This document shows positions 31,205 through 39,982 of a DNA stretch of 64,000 bases, in pieces. The position numbers and the translations under genes were made by a program. The notes under the pieces were generated by a model that did no database searches, was not told the DNA's origin, and saw nothing but the letters and a program-made list of their open reading frames with translations. How positions within the stretch are numbered: the first letter of the stretch is position 1; each line of letters starts with the position of its first letter. This stretch comes from a virus: the IMG/VR virus record IMGVR_UViG_3300045988_068596. One strand, written 5' to 3'.

Positions 31205-31874
31205 TTACAGTGCAGTAGGAAGAAAGTCAAAATCTAAAGGTGCTCGGTTTGAACTAGAAACAGCTAAAAATTTATCTAAGTGGTGGGGACATGACTTTCA
31301 CCGTGTCCCCGCTTCTGGTGGCTTACATTGGAAAGGGAGTAACAATGTTGTTGGAGATATTGTAGCTCCTATAGAGGCAGGATTTCCTTTTGTTGTTGAA
31401 TGTAAAAACCGTGAAGAATGGACTATAGAGAACTTATTTCTCAATAATAAAGAAATAAAAAATTGGTGGGCACAGGTTGTTGGTGATGCTAAAGAATCTG
31501 GTAAGATTCCTATGCTTATCTTTACCCGTAATCGTGCTAAAACTTTTGTGATGATGGCTTACAACGAAGACCTCATCAAAGAAATCGAAGACCGTGGTTA
31601 TCCTCTTATGGTCTCTAATGTAGAGTATGTAGACGGGTATAAAGATACCCATTGTTATAAGACATTTACTACTGTGTTAGAAGCTATTACAAGCTTTAAA
31701 CCTCGTAAGAGCCAAGGGGAAGAACATCTACTCCATTATTTTAACCCAAAAGAGTATGATTGGCAAAAATCTGGTCTTGTCCGAGAAACAAAAAAGATGG
31801 AAGAAGCAAAACAACTTGATGTTGAGGAGTCTTTGGACTTACTTGTTAATTCCTATTTAGAAGGAGAAAAATAA
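31197..31874 (+). CDS. PD-(D/E)xK nuclease, Hjc/RecU-like Holliday-junction resolvase.
   Basis: Hjc-type pattern 'GARFELE...ASGG...GDIVA...VVECKNRE'. Confidence 0.45.
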   Translation: MTDYSAVGRKSKSKGARFELETAKNLSKWWGHDFHRVPASGGLHWKGSNNVVGDIVAPIEAGFPFVVECKNREEWTIENLFLNNKEIKNWWAQVVGDAKESGKIPMLIFTRNRAKTFVMMAYNEDLIKEIEDRGYPLMVSNVEYVDGYKDTHCYKTFTTVLEAITSFKPRKSQGEEHLLHYFNPKEYDWQKSGLVRETKKMEEAKQLDVEESLDLLVNSYLEGEK

Positions 31875-32239
31875 TGGCAGAAAGAAACTTTCCAGAAGCT
31901 ATTAAAACTTACTATTCTTACTTACGTGTTCCTGATTTAAAAGAACAAGTATCCAGTATCTCTATTGATTTTGTAGAGAACTGGACAGGTCAAGAAGAAC
32001 GGTATGTACTTGATACGCTCACTTCTGAAATTAAGCCTCGTTTATACAGCTTAGAAACAGCGTATATCATTGAGGGCTTTTCACTACCGGAAAAAGAAGT
32101 TGACGTAAACGTAGATGAATTGAGTAAAGAAGTAGCCGAGTTCTTTAAAAAAGCATCTACAGACTTGAAAGAAGCAATTGAGGCATCTAATGACAATCAA
32201 CCAAGTCATTCAGAAGATACTGAACCGATTAACGATTGA
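31874..32239 (+). CDS. Hypothetical acidic protein (121 aa).
   Basis: ATG overlaps the upstream stop. Confidence 0.35.
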   Translation: MAERNFPEAIKTYYSYLRVPDLKEQVSSISIDFVENWTGQEERYVLDTLTSEIKPRLYSLETAYIIEGFSLPEKEVDVNVDELSKEVAEFFKKASTDLKEAIEASNDNQPSHSEDTEPIND

Positions 32240-32399
32240 CCAATTAGAAGTCACTCCTGCGATGGTAGACGTTGTTCTCGAATATCTACCCGCAGGATTG
32301 CTTTTAACAGCCAATAACGAGGGTTGGGATGCGGTAGAGCCTGACCTGCAAGAAGTGGTTATTTCCAATTTGGAAAAAATGAGAGGAGCATCTAAATGA
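32190..32399 (+). CDS. Hypothetical small protein.
   Basis: In-frame ATG at 32190. The start is uncertain; 32262 is an alternative. Confidence 0.25.
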   Translation: MTINQVIQKILNRLTIDQLEVTPAMVDVVLEYLPAGLLLTANNEGWDAVEPDLQEVVISNLEKMRGASK

Positions 32400-32818
32400 T
32401 TGAATCAAGTAATGTAAATCATCCAAAACACTATACACAGGGAGGTACAGAAGTAATTGACGTTATTGAATACCTAACTTCTAAGTATCCCCCATCAATC
32501 CGTTACTCATTAGGTAATGTGATTAAATATGTTTGTCGTGCACCGTACAAAGGAAAAGAGGAAGAAGACTTAAATAAGGGTCATTGGTACTTGAATCGCA
32601 GTCAATCAGATATTACTGCAAGCGTAAGTAAAACTACGTGCTCTATTCCTACTTTTGACATGGAAGCTTTCATCCAAGATACTGCAAAAGGCTATCGTGA
32701 AGAACAGCAACCATTCTTTAAATCCATTATGTACATGTTGGATGATACAGAAGGAACTCCTGTGTTCCGAATACTAAACCTTGTTGAGCGTGACCTTAAG
32801 GCTCTTAAAATTGCATAG
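32396..32818 (+). CDS. Hypothetical protein (140 aa).
   Basis: ATGA overlap with the upstream gene. Confidence 0.35.
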   Translation: MIESSNVNHPKHYTQGGTEVIDVIEYLTSKYPPSIRYSLGNVIKYVCRAPYKGKEEEDLNKGHWYLNRSQSDITASVSKTTCSIPTFDMEAFIQDTAKGYREEQQPFFKSIMYMLDDTEGTPVFRILNLVERDLKALKIA

Positions 32819-32845
32819 TTACTACTAGGTAGTACAGAGTTTTAC

Positions 32846-32917
32846 TCCTTTTGCTTGTAAGGCGTTCCTGTCAGTTATGTTATAATAGAGATAGGAAAAC
32901 TAAATAGCAAAAGGAGT
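32846..32917 (+). promoter_or_regulatory. Promoter (TTGTAA-17-TGtTATAAT) embedded between 11-bp inverted-repeat arms actccttttgc/gcaaaaggagt. The downstream arm contains the RBS of the 32924 gene.
   Basis: Extended -10 TGTTATAAT at about 32869-32877. The inverted repeat spans 32848-32858 and 32907-32917. Confidence 0.4.
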
Positions 32918-32923
32918 TTAATT

Positions 32924-33718
32924 ATGAGTAGCACACCTCGAGTAAAGCGGTTAAATATCTATAATACCGACCGACACTTTAATATAAACTTAATGAAACG
33001 TGAAGACATTGCAAATAAAATTAAAGTGAATCGGTTAAATGAAAAAGAAATTGAGAAAGAGATGGATGAACTAAGCGAAGTATCGGTTGTCACACCAGTG
33101 TGGACAATGAACATGAAGAATGAAAAATCCTATCTCCTATACCAAGAAAAATATACAAATGATACATTGATACAGAAATTATTCAAACATGCAGGTTCTG
33201 TTTCTTACTATACAGATACAATTGTACCTTATTATGTTATTGAACAGATTGCTAAAAATCTAACAAGTGAAGTAATTTATCCAACAAAACCTAAATATGA
33301 AAATAGAGAGATTGAAAATATTCAGCTAGCATTTACGGCTTGTCCTGTAACCATTGATTGTCCAGTAGTTATTCCAGATGTTAGTCCTTATGACGTTTTG
33401 TTTGCTTTACACCCCTTAAAAACAAGTGTAGACAAAGTACAAATTTCATTTCCGTGGCTGTCAGAATCAGAAATATCTGATAGACATAGACGTTATTATC
33501 ATAAAGTTGGAGACCATTATGAGGTTAAAGCAAAATATAAATATCAATTCTTTAAATATGTCCAGACCTCACTATCCATCTGGGCTATGAACATTTGGAT
33601 TGTTTGTGATAGTGATGAGGATTTTGCCAATGTCGATTACTATGTACAAAAAGAAAAAAATAAAAGAAACGTCAATAGAGAACGTGCTCTCCAACGAAAG
33701 GAGAAGTCCGATGAGTAA
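32924..33718 (+). CDS. Hypothetical protein (264 aa).
   Basis: ATG start with RBS aaaggag. Confidence 0.4.
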   Translation: MSSTPRVKRLNIYNTDRHFNINLMKREDIANKIKVNRLNEKEIEKEMDELSEVSVVTPVWTMNMKNEKSYLLYQEKYTNDTLIQKLFKHAGSVSYYTDTIVPYYVIEQIAKNLTSEVIYPTKPKYENREIENIQLAFTACPVTIDCPVVIPDVSPYDVLFALHPLKTSVDKVQISFPWLSESEISDRHRRYYHKVGDHYEVKAKYKYQFFKYVQTSLSIWAMNIWIVCDSDEDFANVDYYVQKEKNKRNVNRERALQRKEKSDE

Positions 33719-34022
33719 AGATAAAACAATGAACCGGACTGATGTTGCACGTGCCATCTCTCAATATACAGGTTATCGTATGAAAGACGTGTTAGCTATC
33801 TTACAAATGGAAGATGAGGTTATCACACAAGCAATTTCACAAGGAATATCAATTAAAAACCATAAATTATGGAAATTGAATATTAAGAAAAAACCTGAGA
33901 AGGTCGCATGGGATGGCATTTCTAAGAAGACGTTTATTCAACCAGAAAAATATGTAGTTAAGTTTGTGCCACTTTCTAGGTTGAAAGAAGCTATAGATAC
34001 TTACAATGAAGAGAATGATTAG
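33711..34022 (+). CDS. HU/IHF-family DNA-binding protein.
   Basis: ATG at 33711 with RBS aaaggagaag. Sequence 'MNRTDVARAISQYTGYRMKDVLAIL...' matches the HU N-terminal helix pattern. It is about 103 aa, the correct size for HU. Confidence 0.55.
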   Translation: MSKDKTMNRTDVARAISQYTGYRMKDVLAILQMEDEVITQAISQGISIKNHKLWKLNIKKKPEKVAWDGISKKTFIQPEKYVVKFVPLSRLKEAIDTYNEEND

Positions 34023-34038
34023 TCATTCTCTTTTTTTT
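34009..34038 (+). terminator. Rho-independent terminator.
   Basis: gagaatga-ttag-tcattctc followed by tttttttt. Confidence 0.7.
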
Positions 34039-34042
34039 GCCC

Positions 34043-34070
34043 TTGACATACCTTACAAAAATGCTATACT
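34043..34070 (+). promoter_or_regulatory. Sigma-A promoter TTGACA-16-TGcTATACT for the DNA polymerase.
   Basis: Consensus -35 and an extended -10. Confidence 0.55.
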
Positions 34071-34103
34071 GAAATAGTAGAATTACAGAAAGGGGAAGAG
34101 AGC

Positions 34104-34943
34104 TTGAAAATACTGTTCTTACAAGATTATATCAGAGAGACCCATGTACATAACAGTCAGAATGGACAATATGTAGACTATAAACGTACTGACATGGGTA
34201 AAAAGCTTACAAGTTTACTTAACGACATAGGTTTAACAGGTCGTGATTATATAATTGACTACGATTATGACCTAATTCCTGAACCACAGAAGGTAAATAA
34301 TAAAACAGGTAAAGTTATTAAATACAAGGAGCCTGTATTAAAACTTCGGAAAGAACCTGAAAAACGTTTATTAAAACGATTAATGAAAACAAAACCAGAC
34401 ATCATTATTCCTATGGGAGGAATGGGATGTAAGAACTTATTGAATAGTACTTCTATTACGAAAGCACGTGGTGTTCCTGTACAAAAAACAATTACTGATG
34501 AAGAAACAGGAGAGTTTTTTGATACATGGATTTTACCAATGTTTAGTATGGAATACTTGTCAATGAATCCTAATATTGAGAACTTGGTAAAAGCAGACAT
34601 TTCTACTTTATCTCGTTTTATTGCAGAGGGTGCACAAGCATTTGAGCCAAAGAAAGTTGAGTATGAGCTTGTTATGACAATTGAACGAGTGAAACAAATC
34701 TTTGAGTTCTTGTCTCGGTTTAAACCTCTTACTGCATGGGACTTGGAAACAAATAGTCTACGTGGAGATGTATTAGGTGCGAAACCACTAGTTATGTCTC
34801 TTAGTTGGGAAGAGGGTCAGGGTGTTACGATTCCCTTAGAACATCATGAATCCCCTTGGAATGAAGAAGAACTAGCTATTGTATACAATCATTTACAAGC
34901 TTTTGTAGCTGATGCACAGCAACCAAAGGTAGGACACAACATT
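34104..34943 (+). CDS. Family-A DNA polymerase, exon 1 (3'-5' exonuclease ExoI region). It continues after the group I intron.
   Basis: TTG start with RBS aaaggggaagag. ExoI 'AWDLETNSL'. The ORF ends 'KVGHNI' directly before the intron. Confidence 0.7.
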
Positions 34944-35674
34944 TAACAACATGGGTGTTGTAAAATCCCTCTCATATCGGTGAACGCTAAGGGAGAAATC
35001 CTATGCCAATACCGAGCCTACATTAACGGTGACGTTAGATGGGGTGTAGAGACTGAGCCGAGTCCTTGCAGGACAAGGTGAGAAGTGGTGTATCATGACA
35101 GAAAGGTTGTGATACTATGAAGAAATGCAAAGTATGTGGAAAAGAAAAGGATTTAGACCAATACTACACATATAAAAAATATGGCAAAACCTATATCAAT
35201 GGTAAGTGCAAAGTGTGTACTCTAGCTCAAAACAAGAAGTATAGAGATACCACTGGTTATGACAGAGCACGTTATCAAAAAGATAAGGAAAAGATTAGAC
35301 AACTACAAAGAGAGTACAGTAAAACAGAGGAAGGGCGTAAAGCTCGGCTAGAAGCTTCAAGACGTTATCGAGAATCAGAACACGGTAAACTTAAGCAGAA
35401 AGCACGAGCAGTAGTTAACCACGCAATTAGAGATGGTAAGCTAATTAAGCCAGAAATCTGTATGGATTGTGGCAGAAGTACTCAGTTAGAGGCGCACCAC
35501 AAAGACTACAATAAGCCCTTAGATGTAGATTGGATTTGTAAAAATTGTCATGAAAATAGACACCACTTAAATGAGGGAAGTACATCTGAGTAGGTACCTG
35601 CAAGCAAACCTACTGAATTACCACAGGTGTACTAAGGTATAGTCCACTCCTTTAGGAAACTAGAGGGTACAGTG
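34944..35674 (+). mobile_element. Group I self-splicing intron (~731 nt) in the DNA polymerase gene, carrying an HNH endonuclease ORF.
   Basis: Exon 1 ends in U. The intron 5' region has GGUGUUGU, complementary to the exon-1 end ACAACAUU (P1 with U•G at the splice site). The intron ends in G before exon 2 'caatttgat'. Splicing restores the ExoII motif VGHNIQFDIRFL. Confidence 0.7.
35117..35593 (+). CDS. Intron-encoded HNH homing endonuclease (158 aa).
   Basis: Motifs 'CKVCGKEK...CKVC' and 'CMDCGRSTQLEAHHKDYNKPLDVDWICKNCHENRHH' (HNH with zinc-binding Cys). Confidence 0.7.
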   Translation: MKKCKVCGKEKDLDQYYTYKKYGKTYINGKCKVCTLAQNKKYRDTTGYDRARYQKDKEKIRQLQREYSKTEEGRKARLEASRRYRESEHGKLKQKARAVVNHAIRDGKLIKPEICMDCGRSTQLEAHHKDYNKPLDVDWICKNCHENRHHLNEGSTSE

Positions 35675-37861
35675 CAATTTGATATTCGTTTCTTAATGAA
35701 CACAAAAGGGTTTGCTTATTTTGAGAATAACCGTGATACATTGATTGGGTATTACTTAATCGTAGCACAGAAAATTGAAAGCTCTAAACGTTTGTCAGAC
35801 CTTGCTTATGAACTAACTGATATGGGCGGTTATGACAACCCGTTAGAAGACTATAAGAAGAAATACAAGGAAGACTACATTGCTCGTAAGAAAGCTGAAA
35901 TTGACGAGCTGAAAGCTTCTGAGAAAGCACGTGTAGAGAAGGAATACAAACTAGCACAGGCTAAATACAAAGAAGAAGTGGCAAAAGCTAAGAAATTAGG
36001 TAAGTCTACTAAATCAATTTTGAAACCTGTAAAAGAAAAAGTAGCTGTTCCTTCTAAGACAGAAGTTAAAACTGTGAATGAAATTGATGGTGGGGACTTT
36101 AACTATGATTGGATTCCATTAGAAATTATGCACCCATACGCAAGTGGAGATACAGATTGTTGCTTACGTATTTATAACGTACTATACCAACGAATTGCTC
36201 CTCATGAAAAAATTCTAGCTCTTTGGACAGACTTCTATCCTAAACTTACACGGACACTTGCTCATCTAGAAGCAGAAGGTATCTTCGTTGATAAAGAATA
36301 TGCGAAAGTTCTTGAAAAGGTATATGCAGAAGAGGAAGAACGTCTTATCGAAGAATTACGTAAGTTCCCTGCTGTTAAAGAGTTAGAAGCAGAGCATATG
36401 GCACTTTATAAAGCAGGTCTAGAAGAATGGAAGAAACCCAAGTCAGAACGAGACGAAGAGGTTGCTAAACTTCGTGATAAATACAAGATTTCTGATAAGG
36501 AAAACAAAGTTAAGTTCAATCCCGGCTCTGCTGTCCATAAAGGAAAAGTTCTTTATAAGATTCTTGGTCTAACATTACCTTATGACAAAGAGTCCATTAA
36601 AGAAAAACCTTTTGATAATGGTGTTCCTGAAAACGAATTAACTTGGGAAGACTACAAGACAGATAAACATGCTTTGGGCTATATCGCAGAGCACGATGAA
36701 GATGCAAAAGAATTAGCAGAAATGCTACTTGAATACTCTAAAGTAAATACCTTGAAGAACAACTTTGCTCAGAAACTTCCGTTACTAGCTTCAAACAAAG
36801 ATGGAAAAGTACATGGTTCGTTCAAGATTACTGGTACAGAAACAAGTCGTTTATCTTCAAAAGAGCCTAACATGCAACAAGTACCGTCTAAAGTCGGAGA
36901 CCCTAAACGTTTTGACTATACGTACCCAATTAAGCGTATGTTTAAAACAAGTTTTGAGAACGGGGCTTTATTACAGCTTGACTACTCAGCCCTAGAAATG
37001 CGTATTCTAGCTTTAGTAGCCGGAGACGAAGCGATGACCCAAGCTTTCTTAGACGGAGAGGACTTACACAAATCAACCGCTTCTATTGTTTGGAAAGTAC
37101 CTGTATCAGAAGTATCTAAGGATATGCGTAAGAATGCTAAGAGTGTTAACTTTGGTATTGCTTATGGTGAAACACCTTTCTCTATTGCTCCTAAATTAGG
37201 TGTAACACCAGAAGAAGCCGAACGTATCTTTGAAGACTACTTTGCAAACAAACCACGTATTAAATCCTTTATTGATGAAACACATGAGTTTGTTAAAGAA
37301 AACGGGTATGTAGATACCTTACAAGGACACCGTAGATTGATTCGTGATGCGTTCTCTAAAGACCGTAACACATTCAATGGTGCTTTACGTAAGTCAGTAA
37401 ACACGATTATTCAAGGAACTGGTGCATACTTAACAAACATGTCTTTGGTTTATATTGATGATTATCTAAGAACTAAAGGTATGAAGTCTCGTATTGCTAT
37501 CACAGTACATGACTCCATTGTAATTGATTGTCCTCGTGAAGAAGTAGACGAAGTAGCAAAAGTAGCTTGTTTTATCATGGAAAACCTACCGATTGATTTC
37601 TTAACAATTAATTGGAAAGGGGAACAAATGCGATTTCCTATTGTAGCCGATGTAGAAATCGGGGAAAACTACAATGACATGGTAGACTACGATGCAGACG
37701 AAGTGAACAAATTTGCTTCTTATAAAGGATATGTTAAGTATTACAAAGACCAAGCTAAATTTGAAGACTATAAGAACGCAGGTATGATTAGTGAGGAACA
37801 AATGGAAGTCGGTATTAATGCAGTTAAGGCTTCTATAGAACAGTACAAACTAATTGTGTAA
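35675..37861 (+). CDS. Family-A DNA polymerase, exon 2 (ExoII/III plus polymerase domain).
   Basis: Pol I motif A 'DYSALEMRILA', motif B 'RKNAKSVNFGIAYG', motif C 'VHDSIVID'. The track ORF at 35672 uses a GTG inside the intron. Confidence 0.75.
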   Translation, partial: QFDIRFLMNTKGFAYFENNRDTLIGYYLIVAQKIESSKRLSDLAYELTDMGGYDNPLEDYKKKYKEDYIARKKAEIDELKASEKARVEKEYKLAQAKYKEEVAKAKKLGKSTKSILKPVKEKVAVPSKTEVKTVNEIDGGDFNYDWIPLEIMHPYASGDTDCCLRIYNVLYQRIAPHEKILALWTDFYPKLTRTLAHLEAEGIFVDKEYAKVLEKVYAEEEERLIEELRKFPAVKELEAEHMALYKAGLEEWKKPKSERDEEVAKLRDKYKISDKENKVKFNPGSAVHKGKVLYKILGLTLPYDKESIKEKPFDNGVPENELTWEDYKTDKHALGYIAEHDEDAKELAEMLLEYSKVNTLKNNFAQKLPLLASNKDGKVHGSFKITGTETSRLSSKEPNMQQVPSKVGDPKRFDYTYPIKRMFKTSFENGALLQLDYSALEMRILALVAGDEAMTQAFLDGEDLHKSTASIVWKVPVSEVSKDMRKNAKSVNFGIAYGETPFSIAPKLGVTPEEAERIFEDYFANKPRIKSFIDETHEFVKENGYVDTLQGHRRLIRDAFSKDRNTFNGALRKSVNTIIQGTGAYLTNMSLVYIDDYLRTKGMKSRIAITVHDSIVIDCPREEVDEVAKVACFIMENLPIDFLTINWKGEQMRFPIVADVEIGENYNDMVDYDADEVNKFASYKGYVKYYKDQAKFEDYKNAGMISEEQMEVGINAVKASIEQYKLIV

Positions 37862-37899
37862 GTCTTACAAGTTTATTTAAAAAAGTTACAAAATGATGT

Positions 37900-37926
37900 T
37901 GCCCTAACTTGTAATGTGTGCTATAA
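37900..37926 (+). promoter_or_regulatory. Promoter with extended -10 TGTGCTATAAT and -35 TTGCCC.
   Basis: Member of the TRTGTGTGCTATAWT motif family. Confidence 0.4.
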
Positions 37927-37983
37927 TAATAGAGCAGACAGGTTAGGGAATGTCTGTAATACCGGAAAGGAGAATAAGACAGT

Positions 37984-38514
37984 GTGCTAGACTTACGAGT
38001 GAACGACCTTGAATTTCGTAAGATACGAGTTACCGATGAAAATGGTGAAACTGTTGTGTTTGACCTTACAGAGGAACTACAGGTAAACGAGTTTAGTGTT
38101 CGGCAAGCGTTCTTAGAACAGCCTGCGAAATACACGTATTGGACTTCTTTACTTGAACGCTTACGAATGTACCAAGAAAACTACGAGTTACAAGCTGAGA
38201 AGCGTAAAGCAGAACTGTACGAGCCTTCTAGAAAGTCTTTGATTGAGCAGGGGGTAACTAAGCCAACAAAAGACCAAATAGAAGCACAGATTATGCTTGA
38301 CGAACAGTATTATGCTCTGAGACAGAACATAATCAGTTTAACATTTAATGTTAGACAAGTGCAATATGTAGTAAAAGCCTTTGAACAAAGGAAAGACATG
38401 TTGATTCAGTATGGTGCAGACTTACGGAGGGATTTCGAGTATAGCCAGAAAGTGTCTATGCCAGACCCGCTAAAAGGTCAAAGGACAAGTTATAACAATC
38501 CATATAACACATAA
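37984..38514 (+). CDS. Hypothetical protein (176 aa).
   Basis: GTG start with RBS ggaaaggag. Confidence 0.35.
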   Translation: MLDLRVNDLEFRKIRVTDENGETVVFDLTEELQVNEFSVRQAFLEQPAKYTYWTSLLERLRMYQENYELQAEKRKAELYEPSRKSLIEQGVTKPTKDQIEAQIMLDEQYYALRQNIISLTFNVRQVQYVVKAFEQRKDMLIQYGADLRRDFEYSQKVSMPDPLKGQRTSYNNPYNT

Positions 38515-38585
38515 CCTTAGAACCTAGTTGAACAACACATAATTCGAGAAACCAAAATAAAAAACAAAAGAATGGAGAAATTAAC

Positions 38586-39902
38586 GTGAACTTTCAAGAA
38601 CAATTAAAACAACAACTTGCCCAACAAAACCGAGGAGAACGTGCTGAGGTAGACTATCCTTCCAATCATCTTAAACACAAAGAGCTATTTATTCCAAAAG
38701 AAACTAATCAAGTATTAGTTCGTATCTTACCGCCTAGTGTTTCTGGTGAAAACTACAACCAAATGGTTCGTGAAATCTTTTTACAAGCACATAACCGTAA
38801 CGGTAAAGAACTAAAATTAAATGCTGTCTTATCTGCATTCCCTAACGTAGAAGACCCATTAGACCAAGCACTTATTAACTGGAATGCACAAAACCGTGTT
38901 CCTAACAAATGGAACAAAAATGCAACTCCAACTAAGAAGTATCTTGCTAATGTTATCCAATTAATTAGAGACCCACAAACAGGTCAATTCCGATATGAAA
39001 CGGATGAACAAGGAAACTTGATGGTACGCCTATTCAAGTTATCCCATTCAGCTTGCCAAGCTATTAATGCTAAGTTAACTGATACTATGTTAACACCAAA
39101 CTTTAACCCAGATGTTCCTGATTCTGTTAAACAATACAGCTTCATTTCATCTGCGGAAGCATTCCCAGTAATGATTAGCAAACCTGCTAAAGGTTCTGGT
39201 CAAATGTCTTATAGTGTTGATGTTTATAGTAACATGCCTCTAGGAGCTTTACCACAAGGATGGGAAACTCAACTAGAAGATTTAGCTTATCAAGCTACAC
39301 CTTCATACAGTTACAATAAAGATTACATTGATTACTTTATTGATGTAGTAAACGGTGTTGAGCCTGTGAGCCAAGCACAAGGTGGACAACAAGTACAACC
39401 ACAACAAGGTTACCAAGCTCCTGCAATGGGACAAGGCTTTGCTTCTGCTCCACAACAACCTGCTTACAACATGGCACAACCACAGCAACCAATGAATACT
39501 GGTTTTAACCAACAACCTGTAGCTCCTGTTCAACCACAAGCTACAAACATAGGTACTCCTTCATTTGGTCAAACAAATATGGGAACAGCACCTACAATGA
39601 ACGGTGGATTTGCACAAGCACCACAACAACCTGTACAACCTGCTCCAATTGCAGACCCTATGGGTTTTCAAATGCCAATGAATCAAGCACCAGTAACTGA
39701 CCCATCTACTATTTCAGATGCTGATATGCCTTTTAACATGCAAGCAATGCCAGATGTAACACCGCAAGCAACAAGTGTTCCTGAGCAACCAGTAGTTGCA
39801 ACTCCTGAACCACCACAACAAGCTCCTGTAGCACCTGTAGAAACAGCTACAAATACTACTTTACCAGATGTTGATAGCTTGCTACAACAAATGCAAGGTT
39901 AG
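38586..39902 (+). CDS. Protein with a Gln/Pro/Met-rich low-complexity C-terminal half (438 aa). It is a candidate ssDNA-binding or replisome-associated protein.
   Basis: GTG start. It lies between polA and the recA-like gene. The low-complexity tail ends 'DVDSLLQQMQG'. Confidence 0.3.
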   Translation: MNFQEQLKQQLAQQNRGERAEVDYPSNHLKHKELFIPKETNQVLVRILPPSVSGENYNQMVREIFLQAHNRNGKELKLNAVLSAFPNVEDPLDQALINWNAQNRVPNKWNKNATPTKKYLANVIQLIRDPQTGQFRYETDEQGNLMVRLFKLSHSACQAINAKLTDTMLTPNFNPDVPDSVKQYSFISSAEAFPVMISKPAKGSGQMSYSVDVYSNMPLGALPQGWETQLEDLAYQATPSYSYNKDYIDYFIDVVNGVEPVSQAQGGQQVQPQQGYQAPAMGQGFASAPQQPAYNMAQPQQPMNTGFNQQPVAPVQPQATNIGTPSFGQTNMGTAPTMNGGFAQAPQQPVQPAPIADPMGFQMPMNQAPVTDPSTISDADMPFNMQAMPDVTPQATSVPEQPVVATPEPPQQAPVAPVETATNTTLPDVDSLLQQMQG

Positions 39903-39912
39903 TAATAGAGGA

Positions 39913-39940
39913 ACAGGGGGCTGAAATAGCCCCTTCTTCT
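39913..39940 (+). terminator. Rho-independent terminator.
   Basis: gggggct-gaaat-agcccc followed by ttcttctattt. Confidence 0.6.
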
Positions 39941-39982
39941 ATTTAAATTTGATATGTAATTCATTACTAGGAGGAACAAATC

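Noticed and set aside
34944-35674. Intein rather than intron interrupting the DNA polymerase.
   Set aside because: Exon 1 terminates with an in-frame TAA and the intervening region has its own RBS and start for the HNH ORF. The flanks show group I intron P1 complementarity and a terminal G. An intein would be an in-frame fusion without stop codons.
36801-36995. 64-aa internal plus-strand ORF within DNA polymerase exon 2.
   Set aside because: Out-of-frame ORF inside a highly conserved polymerase domain. No RBS.
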